Shown here piece by piece: positions 24,803-32,226 of a stretch of DNA of 64,000 nucleotides. The position numbers were made by a program, and so were the translations under genes. Origin of the DNA: Fimbriiglobus sp. GTDB taxonomy: Bacteria > Planctomycetota > Planctomycetia > Gemmatales > Gemmataceae. Every line of letters begins with the position of its first letter. The first letter of the stretch is position 1. The stretch lies in assembly GCA_036493815.1 (NCBI GenBank), contig DASXPC010000221.1:11174-75173 (forward strand), given 5' to 3'. The notes beneath the pieces were generated by a model. That model saw nothing but the letters and a program-made list of their open reading frames with translations, was not told the DNA's origin and searched no databases.

Positions 24803-26220
24803 TGCGTTCCACGTTTCCGATCCTTGTAATTCTGTTAGTGACCGGGTGCGGGTCGCCCGCCACCTCCACCCCGCCGCGGGACCGTCTGGTGCGGGTGGAA
24901 ACCACGGTCCCGACTGTGGAAACGTTTCCGATCCGGGTCGACCTTTCGGCCACCGTCGAGCCGCTTTATCGGGTGGACGTCTGCGCCCGGGTAACGGGAG
25001 TCGTGGCCGAATTTTTTCCCGCGAATCTCGACGTCGGTCAGCGCGTCGCGGCGGGGGCGCCGATTCTCCGCCTGGACGTTCCTGAATTGGATGCGCAGCG
25101 GGAGCAACGCAAGGCCGCCCTGGCCCTGGCGAAAGACCAGGTCGGACAGGCAAAGGAGGCCGAGCGGGTGGCGGAGCAGGAAGTGATCGAATCCGAAGCC
25201 CAGCTCAAGCGTTATGCCGCGGACGTGAAGTACCGCCGGTTGGAAACCAAACGCGTGACCGAATTGTCCGCGAAGGGCGTAATCCAGCCGGAACGGGTTG
25301 AGGAAGCGGAGCGGCAGTTGGACGTGGCGGAAGCGACAGCCGACGCGGCCCGGGCGGCAGTCGACACCAAAAAGGTGAAACGCTCTTCCGCCGGGGCCGA
25401 CCGGCGGACGGCGGAATCCCGCGTGTCCGTTGCGGCCGCGGACCTCAAAACGACCGAAGAAATGATCGCCCTGGCCACAATCAAGGCGCCGCCCCCGTCC
25501 GAAGGTATTCCGTCCCTCGCGAGCAACGACGTTCCCTCCACCTACATCGTTACCCGGCGGAATGTGGACCGAGGGGCTACGGTCAAAGACTCGGCGCAAA
25601 CTTTACTGACCCTCATGCAACTGGAAACAGTTCGGGTTTTGGTGGACGTTTCGGAACGCGACGTGCCAGCGGTGGAAGAACTTCTTCGGAATTCCAAAAA
25701 TGCTTCCTCGACCGAGGGGAACGCCGTACTGACGTTGCCCGCGCTTCGGGAGGCGCCATCTCACGGCGTGTTCCGTGGCCGAATTGCCCGCACCGCGGGA
25801 GTGATTGACCCCACGACACGTACGATGCGAACGGAAATCGAGTTCGACAACCGCCGGGGCGACTTGCGGCCGGGAATGTTCGGGACCATGACGCTGACGC
25901 TCGGCACCCGGACGAATGCCTTGATCCTCCCGTCTTCGTCGTTCGTGCGGCGGGATTCCGGCCCGGAAGTCCTCGTGGTCGACCCGTCTGCCGACAACCC
26001 GGCGCGGGGTGTCGTTCGTGTGGTGCCGGTCAAAATTGGCTACGACGACGGAAGGCGGGTCCAAGTCACCGCGGGGCTGACCGGAAAAGAACGTGTGATC
26101 GTTCGAGGAAACACACCTATTACTACGGGAGACCTCGTCATACCAGTCGAGTCGCGGCTTGTCACTAACGGTGCGACGAAAGAGAGTTCGCCCAACGCAT
26201 TGCGGTCCAAAGATCGGTAA
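24802..26220 (+). CDS. RND efflux periplasmic adaptor (membrane fusion protein, HlyD-like), lipoprotein
   Basis: The ATG overlaps the RND stop. It has a lipobox (LLVTGCGS), a coiled-coil hairpin and beta-barrel domains. Confidence 0.85.
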   Translation: MRSTFPILVILLVTGCGSPATSTPPRDRLVRVETTVPTVETFPIRVDLSATVEPLYRVDVCARVTGVVAEFFPANLDVGQRVAAGAPILRLDVPELDAQREQRKAALALAKDQVGQAKEAERVAEQEVIESEAQLKRYAADVKYRRLETKRVTELSAKGVIQPERVEEAERQLDVAEATADAARAAVDTKKVKRSSAGADRRTAESRVSVAAADLKTTEEMIALATIKAPPPSEGIPSLASNDVPSTYIVTRRNVDRGATVKDSAQTLLTLMQLETVRVLVDVSERDVPAVEELLRNSKNASSTEGNAVLTLPALREAPSHGVFRGRIARTAGVIDPTTRTMRTEIEFDNRRGDLRPGMFGTMTLTLGTRTNALILPSSSFVRRDSGPEVLVVDPSADNPARGVVRVVPVKIGYDDGRRVQVTAGLTGKERVIVRGNTPITTGDLVIPVESRLVTNGATKESSPNALRSKDR

Positions 26221-26504
26221 GTGTTGGAATACTGCAAAACGACCGTGCTTGCACAAAGGAGCTCGGCCGCAATTCTTACGTCGAGCGGAGCGGGTACGTC
26301 TCTTCTCTGCCAGTACTCCGGGTGAATTTCGCCTGCGATGAACGTGTCCGTTCATACGGAATGAATTCCGGCTGAACCGCATCGGTATTCCGGCCGAGGT
26401 TTACCCGACCGATTACGGGGAGGACTTTCTGATTGGCAAAGTTCGTACCCCGTACCAACCCAGTCGGATAAACTTGTGGCGTCGGTCCCAACCGGAGTCA
26501 AGCA

Positions 26505-29099
26505 ATGCACCGCATTCTCTCCCTGCTAATTCTCTCAGCTTTTCTTCCTCCTGTTTTGGCGGCTGACGACAAACGGCCGCCGAACATTGTCATCGTCTTC
26601 GTTGACGACCTCGGTTGCTATGGGGCCAAAGATTGGAAAACTCCGTACCTGGACCGAATGGCGCAAAACGGCATGAAGTTCACGGATTTTTACGTCGCCC
26701 AACCAGTCTGCTCGGCCAGCCGGGCGGCCTTACTCACGGGCTGCTACCCGAACCGGGTCGGGATTTCCGGGGCGCTCGGCCCGGGGTCGAAAGTGGGGAT
26801 CAGCGACAAGGAGGTGACACTGGCCCAGCTTTGCAAGGGGAAGGGGTATGCAACCGGGATGGTGGGGAAGTGGCATCTGGGTCATCACCCGCAATTCCTG
26901 CCGACCCGGCATGGGTTCGACGAGTGGTTGGGGCTGCCGTACTCGAACGACATGTGGCCGTACCACCCGGAGGCGAAACCGGGGACTTATCCGCCTCTAC
27001 CCTTGTTCGACGGAGAGAAGGTTGTTAACCCGAACGTGACCGCGGCCGATCAGGCGAAACTGACCCGGCAATACACGGAACGGGCGGTCGATTTCATTGG
27101 GAGAAACAAGGACAAGCCGTTTTTTCTTTATGTCGCCCACACGATGCCGCACGTGCCGCTTTTCGCTGGCGAAAAGTTCAAGGGTATTTCGGCCGGCGGA
27201 GTGTACGGGGACGTTTGCGAGGAAATCGACTGGTCGGTTGGACAGATTATTGCCGCACTGAATCGGAACGGGTTGGAAAAGAATACGCTGGTGATCTTTA
27301 CGAGCGACAACGGTCCGTGGCTCTCTTACGGCAACCACAGCGGCTCGGCCGGGTCGCTCCGCGAAGGCAAAGGCACCGTCTGGGAGGGTGGCGTGCGCGA
27401 GCCGTTCATCGCCAGTTGGCCCGGAGTGATCCCGGCCGGGACGGTGTGTCGGGAGCCGGCGATGACGATTGATCTGTTCCCCACGATCGCGAAACTGATC
27501 GGGGCAGACTTGCCAAAGCAGCGGATCGACGGCAGCGACATCGGGCCGTTTTTGCGGGGAACGGTCGAAAAACCTGCCACGACACTATCGTTCCCCGATC
27601 CCGACACCGTGTTCGCGAAGCCCGGTGAATTCCGCACCCGCAGGCCCGGGAATGGTATTTACTTCTTTTATTACAACCAGAACGATCTTCAGGCGGTGCG
27701 GTTTGAGCGATGGAAGTTGATGTTGCCGCAGACGTACCGCACGATGGCGGGTCAGTCCCCGGGGAAGAACGGGACGCCGGGGAAGTACAGACAGGTGAAA
27801 CTGACCAAGCCGGAACTGTACGATCTCGTTGCCGACCCGGACGAAACGACGGACGTGGCCGGGAAGAATCCCGGTGTACTGCGGTCGATGCTCGGGCTTG
27901 CCGAGGCCGCCCGGGAGGAATTGGGCGACGCACGCACCAACCGGCCCGGCTCCGGCCGGCACGAGCCGGGACGAATTCCGACGGTACCCAAAAAGGCCGA
28001 ATTCGAATCTGAACTGGTTTTCCCTCTCCACCCGCAACACAACCATGCCCCGGGCATTGTCGAGTGCCCGAACGGGGATCTGCTGGTTTCATGGTACCGT
28101 GGATCCGGCGAACGCGGGGCTGACGACGTGGCCGTCTACGGGGCCAGGCGAAAGAAAGGGGAAGCGAAATGGTCCGATGCGTTTCTGATGGTCGATACGC
28201 CCGGGTTCCCGGATTGCAACACGACGATGTGGATTGACGCGAAGGGAAAACTCTGGCTGTTCTGGCCGGTGATTCTCGCCAACACGTGGGAGAGTTGTTT
28301 AACGCAATTTCGCGTGGCCGCGAAGTACGACGGACCGGGTGCCCCGGTCTGGGACTGGCAAGGCACTCTCTTTTTGAAACCCGTCGATTTTGTAAATGAA
28401 ATGAAGCGGGGTTGGGCCGACTATGCCAAAGCGTTCGGCAGCGAATTGACGAAAAAGGTCGGCGAAGAGTACTGGGAAAAGCGAATCAACGACAAACTTT
28501 CTTCCCGCCTCGGCTGGCAGCCGCGGTGCAAGCCGACGGTTCTGAGGGACGGCCGGATTCTACTCCCCCTCTACTCGGATACTTACTCGGCGGGACTGAT
28601 GGCGATTTCCGACGACGGGGGAAAAACCTGGACCGCATCCAAACCGCTCGCCGGGTACGGCAGCATTCAACCGAGCGTACTTGAGAAAACCAACGGCACT
28701 CTGGTCGCTTATATGCGGGAGAACGGGCCGCTCAACAAAGTGCGCGTTTCCGAGTCGAAGGACCGCGGCCTGACGTGGGGGCCGGTCGGCGTCACGGCGA
28801 TCCCCAACCCCGGTTCCGGCCTCGATACCGTGCGACTGAAGAACGGCCATTGGCTCATTGTTTCCAATGACTCGGCCCGCGGTCGAAATTCGCTTGCGGT
28901 GAAAATATCGGACGACGAGGGAAAGACCTGGAAGTGGACAAGGCACCTGGAAAAGCACCCGACCGGCTCGTTCCATTACCCGGCCGTCATTCAGGCCTGG
29001 GACGGCTCGATTCACTGCGTCTACAGCTATTTCGTCGCCGGCGGCAAAAGCATGAAGCATGCCCGGTTCAACGAAGAATGGGTGCGGGCAGGGGATTGA
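26505..29099 (+). CDS. fusion protein: N-terminal arylsulfatase domain + C-terminal BNR/sialidase-like beta-propeller
   Basis: The sulfatase part shows PNIVIVFVDDLG, an FGly motif variant CSASRAALLTG and GKWHLG. The C-terminus has three BNR Asp-boxes (SDDGGKTW, SKDRGLTW, SDDEGKTW). Confidence 0.85.
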   Translation: MHRILSLLILSAFLPPVLAADDKRPPNIVIVFVDDLGCYGAKDWKTPYLDRMAQNGMKFTDFYVAQPVCSASRAALLTGCYPNRVGISGALGPGSKVGISDKEVTLAQLCKGKGYATGMVGKWHLGHHPQFLPTRHGFDEWLGLPYSNDMWPYHPEAKPGTYPPLPLFDGEKVVNPNVTAADQAKLTRQYTERAVDFIGRNKDKPFFLYVAHTMPHVPLFAGEKFKGISAGGVYGDVCEEIDWSVGQIIAALNRNGLEKNTLVIFTSDNGPWLSYGNHSGSAGSLREGKGTVWEGGVREPFIASWPGVIPAGTVCREPAMTIDLFPTIAKLIGADLPKQRIDGSDIGPFLRGTVEKPATTLSFPDPDTVFAKPGEFRTRRPGNGIYFFYYNQNDLQAVRFERWKLMLPQTYRTMAGQSPGKNGTPGKYRQVKLTKPELYDLVADPDETTDVAGKNPGVLRSMLGLAEAAREELGDARTNRPGSGRHEPGRIPTVPKKAEFESELVFPLHPQHNHAPGIVECPNGDLLVSWYRGSGERGADDVAVYGARRKKGEAKWSDAFLMVDTPGFPDCNTTMWIDAKGKLWLFWPVILANTWESCLTQFRVAAKYDGPGAPVWDWQGTLFLKPVDFVNEMKRGWADYAKAFGSELTKKVGEEYWEKRINDKLSSRLGWQPRCKPTVLRDGRILLPLYSDTYSAGLMAISDDGGKTWTASKPLAGYGSIQPSVLEKTNGTLVAYMRENGPLNKVRVSESKDRGLTWGPVGVTAIPNPGSGLDTVRLKNGHWLIVSNDSARGRNSLAVKISDDEGKTWKWTRHLEKHPTGSFHYPAVIQAWDGSIHCVYSYFVAGGKSMKHARFNEEWVRAGD

Positions 29100-29228
29100 A
29101 AGGAAACACCGCAGGCGCCGGGGTAGACTGGGTGCTTGTCCGACTCGATGACTGGCCGAAAGTATTATGTATAAAAGTCAATAATGTTGAAGGTTACAGA
29201 ATCGTATCCTTCATACAGAGTGGTGTTT

Positions 29229-30572
29229 CTATAACGCTTTTTGTAAAGCAGCCACCAGCCCGTCGATCTCGGCTTTCGTACGCTTTTCCGTGACCGCGAC
29301 CGTCATGCCGTTTTTTCGGTTCGGGAACCAGTTACCGAGTGGCAATCCGGCGTGAAAGCCGGCCGTTCGGAGGTTCGCCAAAACGGATGGGACATCCCCA
29401 GGCAGGGTCAGTGTGAATTCCTTGAAGAAGGGCCGTTCGAACGCCAATTTCACGCCGGGGACGTTCGTCAAAACGTCCGCTGCGTACCGGGCTTTCCGGA
29501 AGCAAAGTTCGGCCGTCTCTTTCAACCCGTTCGGTCCCAGCGCAGTGAGGAATACGGCCGCGCGAAGGGCAAAAAGGCCTTGATTCGTGCAGATGTTACT
29601 GGTGGCTTTTTCCCGGCGGATGTGTTGTTCGCGGGTGCTCAGGGTGAGTACCCAGCAACGTTTGCCGTTGCGGTCGGTGGTTTCGCCGACGAGCCGGCCG
29701 GGCATTTTGCGGACGTATTCCTGCCGGCAGGCCATGATCCCGAGATACGGTCCGCCGTAGCCGAGCGGGGTGCCGAGCCCCTGTCCTTCAGCCACCGCAA
29801 TGTCGGCCCCGTACTGACCGGGTCGTTTGAGGAGGCCGAGGGAGATCGGGTCGAAACTTGCGACGAAAAGGGCTCCCGCGGAATGGGCCGCGTCGCCGAC
29901 CGATTGCATTTCTTCCAGGTGCCCGAAGAAATTCGGGTTCTGGGTGACGACCGCGACCGTTTCATCCGTTACCGCCTTCTTCACGTCGTCCGGATTTAAG
30001 AATCCGTTCGGTGTCGGAAGCGTGATGATTTTGATGCCCGGGTTCAACAAGTAGGTGGCGAGCGTTTGGCGGTATTCCGGATGGACGCTTTCCGCAACGA
30101 GAACGTGCCCCCGCCGACCGGTGACGGCAACGGCCATGAGCACCGCTTCGGCCACGGCCGACCCGCCTTCGTACAGCGACGCATTCGCCACGTCCATGCC
30201 GGTGAGTTCGCAGATCAGCGTCTGATACTCGTAGAACGCCTGCAAACTGCCCTGGCTGGCCTCGGCCTGGTAGGGGGTATATGCGGTGTAGAATTCGCTG
30301 CGTCCGGCGATCGCGTCGACCACACTGGGGATGAAGTGGTCGTAGGCCCCACCGCCGAGGAAGCAGACCAGGTCGGCCGCCGATTGATTTTTCCGGGCCA
30401 AGAGCTGGATGTGCCGGGTCAGATCCTGCTCGGGCATGGCCGGCGGAATGTTCAACGACCGTTTCAGCCGCAATTCGGCCGGGATCGGCGAAAACAATTC
30501 TTCGACCGATTTCGCCCCGATCCGGGCAAGCATTTCGGTACGGTCGGCATCCGTATTCGGCAGGTAAGGCAC
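29229..30572 (-). CDS. gcvPA: glycine dehydrogenase (aminomethyl-transferring) subunit 1
   Basis: GTG start. MPYLPNTDADRTEMLARIG...SEFYTAYTPYQAEASQG is the canonical GcvPA sequence. Confidence 0.9.
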   Translation of the reverse strand: MPYLPNTDADRTEMLARIGAKSVEELFSPIPAELRLKRSLNIPPAMPEQDLTRHIQLLARKNQSAADLVCFLGGGAYDHFIPSVVDAIAGRSEFYTAYTPYQAEASQGSLQAFYEYQTLICELTGMDVANASLYEGGSAVAEAVLMAVAVTGRRGHVLVAESVHPEYRQTLATYLLNPGIKIITLPTPNGFLNPDDVKKAVTDETVAVVTQNPNFFGHLEEMQSVGDAAHSAGALFVASFDPISLGLLKRPGQYGADIAVAEGQGLGTPLGYGGPYLGIMACRQEYVRKMPGRLVGETTDRNGKRCWVLTLSTREQHIRREKATSNICTNQGLFALRAAVFLTALGPNGLKETAELCFRKARYAADVLTNVPGVKLAFERPFFKEFTLTLPGDVPSVLANLRTAGFHAGLPLGNWFPNRKNGMTVAVTEKRTKAEIDGLVAALQKAL

Positions 30573-30606
30573 GTGCGGCGACTCCGAAAATTATGGTCCT
30601 CGGGAA

Positions 30607-30987
30607 TTAGTGTCCCGCACACTTTGCATCGTACTGGGCCTTCGACAGCATGTGGTCGAGGTTGGTGCCGGGGGCGACCCGGAATTTGACCAGCCAGCCG
30701 GCTCCGAACGGATCGGCGGTGACCGCGTTCGTGTTTTTCACCGCTTCGGCGTTTACTTCAACGACTTCGCCCGCAACCGGGGCATAAAGGGACGACGTGG
30801 CTTTCACCGATTCGATCACCCCGAATTCCTGCCCTTTGTCCAATTTCTTTCCGACCGACGGGAGTTCGAGGTAGGTCACGTCCGTGAGTTGTTCTACGGC
30901 GAACGCGGTGACCCCGACGGTGAGCGTATCGCCGTCGAGACGTGCCCATTCGTCGGACGACGTATAGCGGAGGGCGTTCAAATCCAT
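30607..30987 (-). CDS. gcvH: glycine cleavage system protein H
   Basis: Carries the lipoyl-lysine motif ESVKATS. 126 aa. Confidence 0.95.
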   Translation of the reverse strand: MDLNALRYTSSDEWARLDGDTLTVGVTAFAVEQLTDVTYLELPSVGKKLDKGQEFGVIESVKATSSLYAPVAGEVVEVNAEAVKNTNAVTADPFGAGWLVKFRVAPGTNLDHMLSKAQYDAKCAGH

Positions 30988-31014
30988 GTCTTCAATCCTT
31001 GGAGAGATTCGAGG

Positions 31015-32097
31015 TTACCTGGCGCGTTTGTAGAACGGCAGCGCGATAACCGTGGCCGGGACCGCGGTGCCGCGGATGTCGATTTTCAGCCCCGTTCCCG
31101 GGACCGATTGTTCGCGGGGTACGTATCCCATTGCGATGGAACGATCGAGGTGCGGGGCGTAGCTCCCGCTGGTGACTGTGCCGACCGGGGTATCGTCTTC
31201 CTTTAAGATCGGACTGCCTTCGCGCGCGGCCCGTTTTCCGCCGAGCACGAGGCCGACCCGCGTCGGTTTGGACTTATCGAGTGCCGCCGATACGAGTGTC
31301 TCCCGGCCCACGAACGGTCCCTTTTCCAGTTTGACCGCCCAACTTAACCCCGCCTGGAACGGGTTAATCTCTTCGGTCAGTTCGTGCCCGTAAAGTGGCA
31401 TGGCCGCTTCGAGCCGGAGCGTGTCGCGGGCGCCCAGACCGCAGGGCACCGCCCCTTTCGCTATCAATTCGTCCCACAGCATGGGGCCGACGGCGTTAGG
31501 CACCATTGCCTCGAATCCGTCTTCGCCCGTGTATCCGGTCCGGCTGACGACGCAGCCCTTGTCCTGATACCGCGTCGGAATGGCGAAGTAGTACTTTAGA
31601 GCGGAAATATCGGCCTCGAATAAACCGGACGCGAGTGATATGGCCCGCGGCCCTTGAGCCGCGATCATGGTCGTATCGAATGTTTGGTCCATGATCTGGA
31701 CGTTCTTCCCGGCTTTGCGGACGTCGAGCCAGTTGAGAATCTTCTCCCGGTTCCCGGCGTTCACCACCATCGCGTAGCCGTAAGGCCACTTGTATACGAG
31801 TACGTCGTCGAGGATGCCGCCGGATTCGTTGCAGACGAGTCCGTACCGCACCTGCGTGTCTTTCATGCCGGCGACGGAGTTGGTGAACACGTCTTCCAGG
31901 AGTGCAAGGGCGTCCGGGCCGGCGAACGACAAGCGGGCCATGTGCGAAACGTCAAAAACTCCCACCCCACTTCGAACCGCTTTATGTTCCGGTATCACGC
32001 CGGAATACTGCACCGGCATGTCCCACCCGCCGAAGGGTACCATCCGGGCTCCCAACGCAACGTGCCGATCGTACAGCGGGGTGCGGCGGTTCGACAT
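31015..32097 (-). CDS. gcvT: glycine cleavage system aminomethyltransferase T
   Basis: TPLYDRHVALGARMVPFGGWDMPVQY is the canonical GcvT N-terminus. Confidence 0.95.
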   Translation of the reverse strand: MSNRRTPLYDRHVALGARMVPFGGWDMPVQYSGVIPEHKAVRSGVGVFDVSHMARLSFAGPDALALLEDVFTNSVAGMKDTQVRYGLVCNESGGILDDVLVYKWPYGYAMVVNAGNREKILNWLDVRKAGKNVQIMDQTFDTTMIAAQGPRAISLASGLFEADISALKYYFAIPTRYQDKGCVVSRTGYTGEDGFEAMVPNAVGPMLWDELIAKGAVPCGLGARDTLRLEAAMPLYGHELTEEINPFQAGLSWAVKLEKGPFVGRETLVSAALDKSKPTRVGLVLGGKRAAREGSPILKEDDTPVGTVTSGSYAPHLDRSIAMGYVPREQSVPGTGLKIDIRGTAVPATVIALPFYKRAR

Positions 32098-32120
32098 GGC
32101 AACGGCTCGATCAAGAAGGG

Positions 32121-32158
32121 CCGAAAAAACAGGGGTGGTTCCCGTCCGGAACCACCCC
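32121..32158 (-). terminator. intrinsic-terminator-type hairpin inside the gcvT 5' leader (attenuator or riboswitch expression platform candidate)
   Basis: The minus strand reads GGGGTGGTTCC-GGACG-GGAACCACCCC-TGTTTTTTCGG, an 11-bp stem at 32132-32142/32148-32158 with a T6 run at 32124-32129. It ends 24 nt upstream of the gcvT ATG on the same strand. Confidence 0.65.
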
Positions 32159-32226
32159 CACGCCTATCTTACTTCGGCGGGTAAAGTTGTCCATCGTTCG
32201 GTCGGTGCATTGGTACACTTCTTATT

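Noticed and set aside
29103-29229. 8-bp inverted repeat GAAACACC/GGTGTTTC flanking the AT-rich spacer between the sulfatase fusion and gcvPA (possible MITE ends)
   Set aside because: Only 8 bp match and there is no target-site duplication. The right arm abuts the gcvPA stop codon. This is compatible with chance.
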